This document shows positions 24,001-38,155 of a DNA stretch of 64,000 bases, piece by piece. This stretch comes from Oculina patagonica. Taxonomy: Eukaryota. Positions within the stretch are counted from its first letter, which is position 1. Every line of letters begins with the position of its first letter. The notes below the pieces were generated by a model. The model saw nothing but the letters and a program-made list of their open reading frames with translations. It was not told the origin of the DNA and did no database searches. The position numbers and the translations under genes were made by a program. The DNA lies in NCBI RefSeq assembly GCF_052425735.1, contig NC_135765.1, forward strand, positions 62,001 through 126,000. The letters are read 5' to 3'.

Positions 24001-27000
24001 AATGGCTTCGAAAAGCAAATTTTCGACAGCAATAATAAAATTTTGAGGGCTAGTATCTCACTCTCCAGTAATACGTCAAGAATGTTAAAATTCTCTCGCA
24101 CATGTTACTCCTGGATAAAATTAATTTACGGCAATTCTGATATGGTACCTCTTTTAATTGGGCATAAAGTAACACCAATACTGAGCCTTCCTCCGCCAAG
24201 ACTCACAAAGTGAGGCTCGTCTGTTTCGAACTTTAGCGCTGAGCCCAGCTCGGTGACGGCAAGAGCGCGTTCCTAACAGAAGAGAAAAAAGAAAGTCCGA
24301 GATTAATCATAAAATAGCTACACCCTCTGGAGGGGATGCTATACCAACGCCAGCCGAACATGTGAGGTTATTCGTCCAAGCCCTCCCCACATTTATAAAC
24401 CACGGTCAACAGAGGCATTGCGAGAGCAAAGTGTCTTTCCACAAGCAATACCCAAGCAAAGCAGTTAGGACTCCAATCTCAAGTCCCCTGGGATATTAAA
24501 CCTCTCCTATATTGAAAATTCCTCACAGCAGATCACGGGATCAGTTCAAGTCGCAAGGAAATCAGAAAGAAGTTTTCAAACGAAGAACGAAGCTCTCTAG
24601 AGTGTCGTAAGTGTCGTTTAGTACCCCAGGGGAAAAAACCTAAGAGAAATCACTGTGGAGCGTTTGAAAGATTGACTGTCTATCGGCAACTCACCCGAGC
24701 TGTTTTATTTGTGCACATAAGTGGTCTACATCATATAAAAAAGATCTTAGGTACGGATACAAAGAAGAAGAAATCCAAAAATTGAAATAAAATGATCGCT
24801 GAAAACATTTTACCTCATCTGTGCCACCAGAAACTTTAAGCTCAAACTTCATTTTGATATCTGATAACCGTAACTTCAGTTTGACGCACAAAAAAGTTAT
24901 ATTTGAAAGCAATTTGGCATAAATGCACGAGGGTTAAGAGGAAAAAAATAATAAATACAGCTCAAGGAAATATAATTGATTTAATCTTGGGGAAACACGA
25001 GCAATCTGGGATAAACGAGCCCAAAGGAGCATTTCAAAAAATGCACCTGGCAATAAACTTGCGTGCAACGAGAAGAGAAAAAGAATTGTTTGTTCCGACC
25101 ACTTGCCAAACAAAGCAAAAGTTAATTTCCTTAAAGAAAAGTGGACGGTATTTTCGCTTTATGAAGCACTTCTGTCATTCAATCAGAGAGCGCTTTGAAT
25201 TTTTGCTGTCAAGTATATTCGCTAATATTACCGGCGGAGGGTTATTGTCGTGCTTATATTCTAATTGATAACAATTGACGTTTACTGTAACAGAGTCATG
25301 TTTGCAAGACACACAGGAAAGAACAAGCACGTTTTATTGTAAAAATCATAATCAACTACGTCAAACAATAACCGTTTGAAAACCAGAGCACGCGAATAGA
25401 GAATAAGGAAATTAAACCTGACGTACATTCAGTTCGTACGACCGATTACATTCAAAATACAACCTTATGTAAATAAGAAATTACAAATATTGAAATAAGA
25501 TTTTCGCTGTTGTTCTTTTCGCAGAAAAGTGTAAATATTTTCTTAAAGCTTTTTCACCATACATTATGTTGTAATACAAAACGACAAAACGCAAAACACT
25601 GCTTTATTATTTAGACTAATCGAGTACACGCGACTCGTGCTAATAACGTCATATTAATGAAATTCTAACAGATCATCCACGTCTTAAATTAAAAGCCTGC
25701 GAAGGAAAAAAGAGAGATCGATAATGAAAGAAATCGAAGGAAATGTACATGTCGTACATGTAGGTTATTGTCGGATTACAGCCTCTAATGGCCGGCACCA
25801 AATGTGCGATAGTCACAACTTGTTAACAAATAAAAAAGTAGGCATTGGCTTTGAACCAGATTAAGGAATTTTTCTGAGGATTCGGCAATGGTTTAACCAA
25901 GAAGCGACTCTGTGGATTAGCAACGTTTCTATCAGGGAGGCAAGGTCTTAATAAATGATCTCGCGAGAAAAGAGCTTTTCACGCATGATCCCACGAGGAA
26001 AGGAAAGTCCCGTGAGGAAAGAATGCATCCCGCGAGGAAAGTGTGATAATCCCGCGAAGAAGGTGTTTTACATGATGATCCCGCGATGAACGTGTTTTAC
26101 ATGATAGTCCCGCGAGGTGCACGGTAATTATTCGTCCTCAGTTGAGGGTAAACGCTTGTGTAAGGAGCAGGTGCAATGTTTGAGTCATCTTTCAATATCA
26201 AGTTTTGTACTTCTCCTTTAGAAGGTGTCAGCTTATTGTAGATTGTTTATTTGCCGGCAGATAGAAAAAGATCACAAGTATAATAATATGATAAGTCTTA
26301 TCTTTTAAGTAAGAAAGTAATTAAAATGTAAGCCATAAGCATCTTAAAGGAGAAAATTTTGACAAGCAAATTTATCCTAAACGACACCTTATCTGCCGTA
26401 GCAGTGATCTCAAACTAACTGAAAGTCTTACTCACATACGTGTTTGTACTTTTACGACCTTTCCACTGAAATATATCTTCAGTTTGTGACATTCGCTTTT
26501 AGTAGTATTCGTGGAAAAAATATTCGAATTTGAGCAGCACGTTTTTTGGTGTGTTTACTTTTGAAAAAAGCATTACGTGCAGTTGAAAGCAGTATTTTTC
26601 AGTTGTGTAGCTTAAGGTTATAAAGATAACATCTGCAATCAGTTATTAGCGAATAATTATCAGACAGAATTTCTTCTGTTTTTATAACTTAACGAAAAGA
26701 GAGAGCTTTCGGTTATACCCAAAGGACACAATAATATTTAAAACAAAAAGACAGTAAAAAAAAAACTGCTAACAAGACGGTTGGCAGACTATTTTTCTTA
26801 CGCTTTTCAATACAAAATACCAGCCACAAAATGCCATCAAGATGCATTAGCTGTTATGAAGTCAAAAAGCTACTTACCGCTAAAGGGCAAATTATGTCAG
26901 TCGGGGGGATTCGGAACATTTCGGGGTTATTTACGGACTGAGAAGTATATGATACTTATATCAAGCCTAAAGATAACGCGACCGTCAGGGTCTAAAAGTT

Positions 27001-30000
27001 TGGAAAGGATTGTGGACACAAAGCGAACATTAAAACCGAATCTACTTTTCTTCTATCTACTATTTTAAATGAGAAGTTCAAAATTCAAAACGCTCTTATT
27101 AAACGCCACATGATGGCGTCGAAAAGTCCAACCTTTCTTTGATGATCATTCCGAGTGAACTATAAATTATACGTCGAGGGTTGAACACCTTAGCTTATCA
27201 TGTCGTATGGCGATCAAAATTTATAAAAATGGGAACGTTTAATTATGCTGTAAACAACGAACACGATGGTATAAAAAGCAGGCAAGGTAAATATATATAT
27301 ATATATCAGTCTGAACAATCCCTTATAACAACTCGTTTAAGTACTTAGCGATATTCGATGTATTTAGTTTCAACCAAAAAATGCTTAACCTTAATTTGTA
27401 TACGAAAAGACTATCAACGTCAAAAGAAAAATAGATCAAAATTTCACCACAAGAGGAAAAGAGTAGAGAACGTCGTTAATTTCAAGTAAAACTCGCCGAC
27501 TAGTGCAATCGTTTTCAAATTAATCCTCGGTGGCTTAGAGTGCCAGTGTTCATAGCCTTAGGCGAAGTAGTAATATTTCCATCAATAAAAATTACATCTC
27601 CGCTTGGCAAAGAAAAATATATTTTGCTCTACTGGTTTGTTCAAAGGCAGAGCACGATGTCAGGGTCTTGGCCATTTTGTGAGACTTGCTAACCTATAGC
27701 TAGTTACGTAATTCCTTAATTTTACAATCAGCCTCACCACATTAAAAACCTCAAGGCACAGTTTCCATCTGCTGGTCAATTATATTCCTCTTTTGCTTTA
27801 TTAAACAGTTTAGTTTTCAAACCGTTTAAACCACCAAGCCACCAAGCTGAATGTTAGCACAGAGTCGGTAATTTAGAAAATGGATAAATCATTAACAGAA
27901 AACACCGCTGCGACAAGATTTCAAATAAAACGGCGGCCACTTTACCTCGATGAGTTTTTGAGTCTTGCTCCATTTATCTTCCCAGATTCCCGTCAGTCGC
28001 TTCATCAGCTCTTCATTTTCTTGGAGTTTTTTCTCCGCTTTATCAACTCCTAGTGAACTAGGAACATGGCCACTCTGCAACACAAGAAGAAGAAATATAC
28101 CTTCACTTTTACAACGCGAGGAATATAATCGTTTAGGGAGCGAGAATTCCAATTTCCTACTTGACGAAAAAAGAAAAAAAAACTGTATTTGAAGACTGTA
28201 CCTGTTGAAATACTGCATTGGCTAAAATGCGAACAAATCTCATTGTCCAGAGCGAAATTTGGCCAGAGATATCGATTACACTCCCTTTAAAATTCAAAGG
28301 CGGTAAACGCTGTGGATCGGTAGCTTAAAAGGATGTGCAAGCCTTGCTAACGCCTAGTTATTTGAATTACGCCGTCAAGATGAGGTTATGACATAATGGA
28401 TAATATAACAAAATTAGTCATGTGACCATGGCCAACTCCGATTCTGATTATCGCTGACAAGCACCTCAAAGAACCGACAATAAGAATAGAAAACAAAACA
28501 CACAAATCGTAATAGTCCCTGACAGGGGCAAACGCGACACGCAAAATATTGTTTAGGTTATGTCGAGTAGAGTTTAAGTAGAAGCGGCATTGAGGCTAAT
28601 GATAAACAAAATAAATTCGTGCGAGCAGGTCAAAACAAACTTCAATACAACATTAAAATCCGTTTACGGCGAATAAAACAAAACCAGAGCTAGATATTGG
28701 GGTAGGCACGAAATTTCCAATACTTCCTGCTCAAAGTCCACAAATTTGCTTATAAACTGCGAAGAGTCAACATGGACGACAATCTCTGTAGTAATTACTT
28801 TACCTTACTTTACTTTTCTTTCGAAGCGCACACACAAACTCGTTGAACCTTGCCCCCTATACTGCCGCTTTTCATCGATAATTTTGCTCAAACTTCGAAA
28901 TTTTTACCTTCTTCTTAAAACACTCGCAAAAATCCGAGGAAATGTCGCCGCGTTTTTCCTGCTTTTTGTTTTGAAGAAATTATAGAAAATAAGGCGCCGA
29001 CCACCTGCTTCACTTTAGCAGCTGGCGACGGAAATTTCCTCCCCGAACATAACACTTGAAATCAATCGTGTCAGCTCAAAGTTCGACAACAAAACCTTCA
29101 CCAACAGATAAGGTTAAAAGAAACATTGTGAGACACACAGTTTGAAAATGCGGTCAAACCCCAATTGGTCACAGCGTTGTTGTACGCCTCCACATTTTTC
29201 AAGAATAATTCTTTCTTTCCATTGTCTGACTGTGAACGAAACAGTTTCTTTGCATGTGGTTGAATCAAATGCGAATAAAAGATCGGCGCCAATTTGATTC
29301 ACAGTTAGCTATTGTTTCTAAATTATCAACTAGAATCTTTGGAAGTTTTCTTCTTTTCGACCCCAAGGTAAATTCTCGACAGGAAGCGAATTCAATCAGT
29401 TACTCAAGGCCAATTTGTAAGTGTGTATGTTCTCGCGTAACGACCTCATGTACATTAGCATGTTGGATCCTCAAACCATTTAATACATTTTGTGATATCG
29501 CAAGTTTTGTGATACAACTGTTAGAAAGCATTAATTCTGTATGATTATATACTTGAGAGACGTCTTATACGAAAATGGAGTTTCTATACTGTACCAAAAT
29601 GACACTTCACACGGACAAAATAAATTTTGTATACAGACATACATGTAAACGTAAAAATCGAACGTAACTTATTACCATAAAAAGGTAACGAAACGCAACT
29701 TCATTAAAAATGTTTTCCAATAGAAGATTGTTTTGTTCTGTTCAGACAAAGCTTACCTTAACAAAGCAATGGAAGTATTCTGTTTGGTTTAAATTATAAT
29801 TTTGAATCAGACGCAGAAACAAATTCAGAACCAAGACTAAATGCACATGCTGCGATAACAATTCAGTTACGAATAAAAATACATACAAAGAACACATACC
29901 TTTAACCTTTCCTTAAGACTGTGTATTTCCAACTGGAGCTCTTTAATCAGTTTGACATTAGAATCCTGAAAATGCAAAGATCAAGATTGTAGAGAAAGGT

Positions 30001-33000
30001 TAACGATTGAGAGATTACTTCAAGTTGTACCAAACGAAATATACGGGCAAGTTTTCCCATAACATAACTCAATAGTTGGTAATCTGTTACATATGGACTG
30101 ACCTTTAAAGAAAATCATTCTCAGTCTATGTAAAAGTTAGACGCGGTAGAAAGCGAAAAAAAAATTAAGAAAATACTAATTTGAAAGTGATAAATGATCA
30201 TCNNNNNNNNNNNNNNNNNNNNNNNNNNNNNNNNNNNNNNNNNNNNNNNNNNNNNNNNNNNNNNNNNNNNNNNNNNNNNNNNNNNNNNNNNNNNNNNNNN
30301 NNNNNNNNNNNNNNNNNNNNNNNNNNNNNNNNNNNNNNNNNNNNNTTTTTTCCCTAAGAAAAATACAGATGGTCGAAAGTGGTGGAGGCAAGGTAGATGG
30401 CAGATGACTGATTTATTTTGGGGACAATCATTCTAGGTCTATTTGAACTGAAACGTGTTCTGCCATGTCCTCTTTGTAAATTTTGTAGCCAAGGTGTTTC
30501 TTTTTTTTTTCATTCAGAAATTTGGAGTTGGTAATTGACAAAAAAAATGGACAAGAAAGGTTGCTTTTTTTATTTTTTGTGACCAACATACCCTAAAGGT
30601 TGTGTGACCAACATACCCTAAAGGTTGTGTGACCAACTTACTCTAAAGGTTGTGTGACCAACATACCCTAAAGGTTGTGTGACCAACTTACTCTAAAGGT
30701 TGTGTGACCAACATACTCTAAAGGTTGTGTGACCAACATACTCTAAAGGTTGTGTGACCAACATACCCTTTTTGAATACTTTAAAGGTTGTTGGCCTAAA
30801 GGTTGTGTGACCAAGATGCACTTGGAAAGGTTGCATCACCAAACACCTTATGAATTTGTTTCTCAGTTTTGAAAATTAGTGAAATAAATCTTATGTATAT
30901 TGCCTCAATATAATTTTAAGTTGTAACATGTCCATTGTATTTTAAACACATCTTCACCCGTAATACCAAGTGAACTCAGCTGTAACATGTGTTATGGCCG
31001 TTAATGACAGCCCTAAAAATAATTAACAAGAAATAAATTTTATTTAACAGATTCACTAGGTGGCTTTTGTGGAGTCAATATTTAATCAGAAGCCGAGGAC
31101 AGCTTATTGAGAGGATGTGAATAAATTAAAAGTGAGGTCACTTTTCAGGGAGTTCCGGGATTGAATGCTAATGAGATGCACACCATTTATGATGGGCATC
31201 ATGAAGTGTCCTCATTGATAAAAGTTCACCAAAACATAAATAACCCCATCAAATATGAAGTAATATAAAAATTGCCAATAACCAAATAGTACTTATTAAA
31301 CATTTCAAATGTACAAGCATAAATCCTGGACATACAGGGTGTAAGTCCCCCCCCCCCTCCCTTGTGTGCACCTTTTCAATCCTGGACATAAGTGCCCCCA
31401 CCCCTCCCTTGTGTGCACCATTTCTTACCTCATTTACTTTGGGAACATTCACAATGTTCTTGGCGTGATTTGCAAACCTCAAGGTGTTTAGCGTCTCATT
31501 ATGGCATGATGCAGAGGGTGATACAGCTGCTAACATTATAGTATGACAATTTCCACCAAAACAGTCCTTCAATATCCATGTCAGTGCCTACAACAGGAGA
31601 ATAGTCAACAAATTAGCACCTTTATAGGAAACACTTGGACTAAAATGTACAGACAGTAATGTCACTGAAGGAAATGTTTGCATTTTAAAAAAAAAAAATC
31701 AATGACAATGCTCAGACCATCCTCAAAAACCCAAGGGGCAGCTAGTTGGGAAGACAGAATTTTTGAGCAAAAGTTTACAGGTAACTTAAATTTTACAAGT
31801 AAACCCTCGCCTGAAAAAAATTCCATTGTCCTGACTAGCTGTCCCTGGGTCTCTGAGGATGTGCTTTTTACTTACAGAATCCTTGTATGGGACAGCAGCA
31901 GTGGGACCTGACTCCAAGTCTTGGCTTGCTAATGTTGACATGACTCTCTCCAATGTCATTAGTGATTTGTCAACATCAGCAGCAGTAGAACAATTGTCAG
32001 TACACTGGAAAAGACAAGACAAAACAACATTAGAGTCAAAAACAGCCATGCCATGACTCATCTGACCTTGTTATTACGTTGAGTAGTGTAACATACTACA
32101 TTGACTGGCAGTTCTTCTCTTTTTGATATCAGTGGAAAACTTTGTTTCATTTTTACCTCATCATGTATGCTCTTGCTTCCTGCCAAATCCACAAGTTGAA
32201 TCATGCTAACCATTTCACAGGGTAAGTCATCTTCAAGACGAGCCTACATTGTTAAAGAAGTATTTATTTAGTATGGCTGATCTATTATTAAAATCCAGAA
32301 TCAATACTTTGAGACATATTTCAGCAAAAAGTGTGGATAAAGAAATCAAAAACTGGTTTAATCAAGGAACCACTGTGATTTTAAAGTGCACTTGTAACTA
32401 AGAAACCGCAAATAATAATAATAAGAAAAGAAATCATTCACATGACAAATACAACAAATACAAAAGGTAAAGAGAAAATGTTACTCAGAAGAACTATTGT
32501 AGTCAGTACATGGTGTGGTTCAGTTTTACCCTTGGTAACATTTAATTTGGCAGTTTCCTTTGCTCTGATGTACATCGTACATACATGTATGATACAAAAT
32601 TATATGATTCTAATGCATTTATTAAAACAAACTTTAGAGAAGATGTGTAGCAAGTAGAACGAGAGGGACGGGGCCCACCCCCAGGAAATTATTGGGAGGA
32701 AAAACCAGGGGGGAAAAAACAAAGAAAAAAAGAAAAAAAAGTTTTTTTTTTTTATATCCGAGCGAAATAAAAAAAAGAGATGCCAGATCATACCAAGGGT
32801 AAAATTAAACCGCAACTTACATACATGTACAAGTAGTAATTGTAATCCTTTTATTTATTAAAATTCATTTGTTTCCATTTAATTATAAGCAAAGGTAAAT
32901 CATAACTGAAAATTCTGAGATTTAATGCAATATACAAGCTACAAAAATGGCCTTCCTCTTCCTACTGATGGTGCATAAAAATAATACTTAATACCCCAAG

Positions 33001-33175
33001 TAAATTTAATAATTATATTTTTCAACTAATTCCTATATTATACGATATTTTAATTACCTGGGTAAACCTTATTGTAAATATTGTATGCGAGCTACTCGAA
33101 AAGGAATTGGAAGCCCTGGAACATATTGACCTGCAAAGAAACGATACATGTTAATCTATAAATACAGGTATTAAG

Positions 33176-33211
<36 letters not shown>

Positions 33212-36200
33212 CAATCAATTAATCAGTCGACTGATAAAGTATTATTTTTAAATAAATACATGTTCACGTCTGATAACTAGTATAAAATTTAATGTTAATA
33301 TGTGTAGGTCATGTATAATATATTACACATGAACACAAAGCTTAATATCTTAATATTTATTATACAAATGTAGGTCAATATTTTTCAGTGTAATTTACAA
33401 TAATATATGCTGCATAATTTGAACACAGCTAGCTCACCTGTTTTTCTTTCCCTTTTCAATTAATCCCAATACTTCATTAACGTCTGTTACAATATGTTTG
33501 GTCAACTTGTCAACATACACACCAAGTTCACGGTGTTCACGAACTACAAAGAAGTTAAGGTGATAAAATTAACACTACTGAAAATAGCAGAAGGAATATA
33601 ATTTCAATAATACATTTATGTACATGCCCATGACCTTTCATTTATCTAACCTTGTGTGCATGATACAGCACGATGTTGTGGTTTAAATTTATCTTTGGTT
33701 TGAATTCTTGCTTGTTTCAGATTATGAGTAATGATTTAATAAAAAATATATATAATTATGGTGAAAAAAACATAATACAGCACAAATATTTTATAATTTC
33801 ATAATTTCATAGTGCTTTGTACACACTACAGTGTAATACTGTCTCATACTTTGGCTGTATAGTCCAATGATGTAATAGTAAAATAATAACTAAATTTGAG
33901 TTCCAGTCTGTAATGAACCCCAGCTGGGCTTGATAGAAGCGCAGACATTTCAACAATGCTCGATCAGTATATATTACATACTTCTCAATGAGTCTTGCCA
34001 GTTTCTTCTTCTTCCCAGCAGATCCTTCACAAACTCTTTGTGTATTTCAAGGAAACTAAAAATAAAAGTATTAATGTTATTAACAACCACAACTTACAGT
34101 AGAGCAAAATGAGCAAGCAGTAGTAACATGTGGGAAAATGTACATAAAAAATAAGGGAGTCATTGCTTTCAGGTTTCTATTGGTTGAAAATAACAAAACA
34201 AAAACAAAACAACAGCAATTTGTACACTGTACATGTAGGGGTTCTGATAGTGTGAGGCGCAGTGGCCTAATGGTAAGTGCACTGGACTCCGGATCGAGCG
34301 TCCGATTCAAGCCCTGGCCGGGGTCGACGTAATTGTGTTGTACGTGTTCTTACTTGTGGTTACTAAATGGGTACCACCAAAATTAAATTAATGCTGGGGG
34401 GTAACCTTGCAATGGACTTTCATCCCATCCACAGGGGGGAGGGATATTCCACATGGCCTCATGCTCCACAGGGGGGAGGGATATTCCACATGGCCTCATG
34501 CTCCACAGGGGGGAGGGATATTCCACATGGCCTCATGCTCCACAGGGGGAGGGATACTCCACATGGCCTCATGCTCCACAGGGGGGAGGGATACTCCACA
34601 TGGCCTCATGCTCCACAGGGGGGAGGGATACTCCACAGGGGGGAGGGATACTCCACATGGCCTCATGCTCCACAGGGGGGAGGGATACTCCACATGGCCT
34701 CATGCTCCACAGGGGGGAGGGATATTCCACATGGCCTCATGCTCCACAGGGGGGAGGGATATTCCACATGGCCTCATGCTCCACAGGGGGGAGGGATACT
34801 CCACATGGCCTCATGCTCCACAGGGGGGAGGGATACTCCACATGGCCTCATGCTCCACAGGGGGGAGGGATACTCCACATGGCCTCATGCTCCACAGGGG
34901 GGAGGGATACTCCACATGGCCTCATGCTCCACAGGGGGGAGGGATACTCCACATGGCCTCATGCTCCACAGGGGGGAGGGATACTCCACATGGCCTCATG
35001 CTCCACAGGGGGGAGGGATATTCCACATGGCCTCATGCTCCACAGGGGGGAGGGATACTCCACATGGCCTCATGCGCCACAGGGGGGAGGGATACTCCAC
35101 ATGGCCTCATGCTCCACAGGGGGGAGGGATACTCCACAGGGGGGAGGGATACTCCACATGGCCTCATGCGCCACAGGGGGGAGGGATACTCCACATGGCC
35201 TCATGCTCCACAGGGGGGAGGGATACTCCACAGGGGGGAGGGATACTCCACATGGCCTCATGCTCCACAGGGGGGAGGGATACTCCACAGGGGGGAGGGA
35301 TACTCCACATGGCCTCATGCTCCACAGGGGGGAGGGATATTCCACATGGCCTCATGCTCCACAGGGGGGAGGGATACTCCACATGGCCTCATGCTCCACA
35401 GGGGGGAGGGATACTCCACATGGCCTCATGCTCCACAGGGGGGAGGGATATTCCACATGGCCTCATGCTCCACAGGGGGGAGGGATACTCCACATGGCCT
35501 CATGCTCCACAGGGGGGAGGGATACTCCACATGGCCTCATGCTCCACAGGGGGGAGGGATATTCCACATGGCCTCATGCTCCACAGGGGGGAGGGATACT
35601 CCACATGGCCTCATGCTCCACAGGGGGGAGGGATATTCCACATGGCCTCATGCTCCACAGGGGGGAGGGATACTCCACATGGCCTCATGCTCCACAGGGG
35701 GGAGGGATACTCCACATGGCCTCATGCTACTGAAACTGGGATAACTGGTGGGCCACCAGGATCAAATGCAGACTTAACCTTTAACCTTTACATGGAGACA
35801 TTCTGATTGGTAAGTCAGAACATGTTGATTTGCTCATGCGTGTTTTTTTCAGCCAATTATAGATCTCAGTGACTTGCTGAAAACTATTTCAGTCAATCAG
35901 AATCCATGCTGTCAATTAACTTAGTTATTTACCTTATTTCAGCTCTGAATGATGTGTCATCTTCACAGGCAGAAGCTTTTTTGAAAAGACTCTTGCAAAT
36001 CCAAGGAGTAAGGCCTTCAGTTCCATCTGTTCCATACATAATGTGACTTTTACCACTGGCACATGCTCCATAGCTGAACACGCAAGTATTATAACCACCA
36101 AAACATGACGAAAGCACAAACTGACCAACATCTTCTAAAATCTAAAGAGAAAACAATGTACATGAAAGCATATTTTAAATATTATTTTTAGTTACAGTGT

Positions 36201-38155
36201 CCACATAATAAGATTTTGGCTTTTTCCTATAGCTGCACTCTTTGTAAATTCCTTTACCAGTAACTTCCCAGGCATAACTAGATCCATTTTCTTAAGTTAC
36301 AATTCACTGAAAGAAAAACCTAATAAGCACCTCCCCCCCCTCCCCCACCACCACCACCACCACTATCACCACCTCAATTTAGTGCCATCATTTGAATAAG
36401 TGCCCCCTCTTTTGGTTGAAATTTTAATTAAGCATCCGGGCAGTTATTCAAGGAAATACGGTACTCATTGAATAATACTGGGATATAAATATCTTTTTTC
36501 ACAGAAATCCAAATTTTCGCTATATTAAGTACGGCAGGGGTATTTTGCAGAATGCAAAATGATGCCTTAACCAACAAATAACAGCTAACCACTGACCACC
36601 GTTCTGCATTCTGCAAAATACCCCTGTATGCCGAAGGGGTTAAGTATGCATGAAAATTAAAAAAGAAAATTAAGGTAGTGAATCTTGCTGACGAATGATG
36701 CAAGGCAAACTCTCAGCACACAAACCAGTAAAAATGTTAGACTGCAGCTGCAAAGCACAATATTTTCAACTGTACATTACATTATGGATACCATATAATT
36801 AACTCAATACAATCCTGTATCTCCGTTGTCCACTGAAATCTGTCTTTGTCTAAGTGGTAAAGCCTTTTCTTTTTTTTAAATTAAGTAAGCTTAAACATAT
36901 GTGACTTTTAACAAGTTTTACAGTTCTTGACAGAAATTGAACAAGACAATTGACACAATGAAAAGCTGTCACAACAACTCACTAACAAATCCAAGTTTCA
37001 ATATCTATGCAAATTCTTACACACTTGAAAGGTCAGGAGTATAGTTCACATTTTATTGTTAAAGAAAATCGCTGATCGATATTAACTAATACGGCTGTAT
37101 TTTGCTACAAAAAGGCAGATCACATAAACGTGACTGAATGCATTTATAATTTTCCCCGCACACGAAAATTATATCGTGAGTCCTCCACACAAAGGTGAAA
37201 ATCGACCCCCTTGTGCTAATATTATTTTTTTTTCTCTTCGACATAATGAAGTTTCAAAAACTCGCTCCACGCCGCTCAGTGGAACAGGAAAAACAAAAAA
37301 CAACGTGAAACATCCGCCTAAACACATCTTCCATTCGTTTGCAAATCTGTCATATCCGGTCCACACCTTTTGCTAAATCGACTACGAAACGAACAACTTT
37401 AAATGAAAAATACGAATGAAACAGTTAAATACTTGTTTGAAAACTCAACAAGAAATTCACCAAATTATCTTGTAGCTTTCAGCTTCGGATAAGCTAAGTA
37501 GATGCGATAAGATCACTTTATGGCCGTTCGGTTCAATCTGTCCTAAGAGTAAATAAGCTAAATTAGACGACTAAATTTATTTATAGATCAGACCACAATG
37601 AACACATTGGAAATTATAGAAAGAAACTTGCTCTTTCCTTTTATCGTGATATAAAGTTATTGTATTGTTTGAAATGAAAAGAACGCGACATCCAATATTT
37701 TAAAGCTTAAAAAATTAAGTTTAATCTTACCTGCACCTTCGTCTCCGGTTCGGCGGTTTCGTTCGGCTTGCTGCAGAACTGTAAGCAAGATTACGACAGA
37801 ATACAATTAGTCGATAAAATTACCAATCTGCTAAATGACTCGAAACGCTCGAAATTTCTCTCATTCAAAAGAAAAGATTTCTGTTGGAAACGAATACAGT
37901 AGCTTTCCCAGCAAGCGATCAATACACAAGATGAACACTCAATATCGAAGACAAGCTCAACTGTCGCAAGGAAAGAGAGCGTGTTGAACTTACTGTGTGA
38001 TCAAATGTAAACACTTTTTCTTTCCCAGTTTCTGGATTAAGCACTCGAACTTCATCGCCTTGTGTCCAAACTACACATTCCTCGCCATTTTCCCGTTCTC
38101 TGTCGTTCAAGGGTCTCACTGAGACGGCAACCCTTACACTCGATTTAGACGCCAT
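17712..38155 (-). CDS. Kinesin-3 (KIF16-like) degenerate motor + FHA + long coiled coil + PHLDB/LL5-type PH domain; ~17 exons
   Basis: Approximate exons 37994-38155, 37731-37778, 35933-36141, 33983-34056, 33438-33543, 33058-33130, 32157-32243, 31877-32005, 31429-31587, 29900-29965, 27946-28074, 24148-24272, 23830-23903, 23441-23551, 21512-21634, 18608-20415, 17712-18146 read in one frame. Motifs: VAVSVRP, GACASGKS, LVDLAGS, VPYKDS, ETLNTLRFA, EHC..FRFNHP (FHA), KSWKKRWFV..GIIYFQAI (PH). Confidence 0.88.
20920..21041. repeat. Poly-T and (TTA)n microsatellites
   Basis: Directly visible. Confidence 0.9.
25958..26118. repeat. Degenerate ~20-bp tandem repeat, core ATCCCGCGAGGAAAG (~7 copies)
   Basis: Directly visible inside the large kinesin intron. 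Confidence 0.7.
30578..30815. repeat. 25-bp minisatellite TGTGACCAACATACCCTAAAGGTTG (~8 copies plus degenerate tail)
   Basis: Head-to-tail copies with no spacers. Confidence 0.92.
31717..31861. mobile_element. Short palindromic MITE in a kinesin intron
   Basis: CATCCTCA..ACCCA.GGG.CAGCTAGT and its reverse complement at the two ends. Confidence 0.65.
34252..35790 (+). mobile_element. tRNA-derived SINE containing an internal minisatellite expansion
   Basis: Head with A-box TGGCCTAATGG and degenerate B-box at ~34262-34315; the body resumes after the array at ~35728; tail ACTTAACCTTTAACCTTTA. Confidence 0.65.
34428..35728. repeat. 37-bp G-rich minisatellite CCACAGGGGGGAGGGATAYTCCACATGGCCTCATGCT (~35 units, some 20-bp short units)
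   Basis: Directly visible, near-identical units. Confidence 0.97.

Noticed and set aside
21700-29900. Many 60-120 aa ORFs in the large introns
   Set aside because: Mostly non-ATG starts, low complexity and no domain motifs, apart from those overlapping true exons.
30578-30815. CRISPR-like 25-bp repeats
   Set aside because: No unique spacers, no cas genes, eukaryotic intron; a simple tandem repeat.
34367-35806. Three 426-479 aa repetitive ORFs
   Set aside because: Artefact of a stop-free 37-bp minisatellite that cycles through all frames, antisense within an intron.
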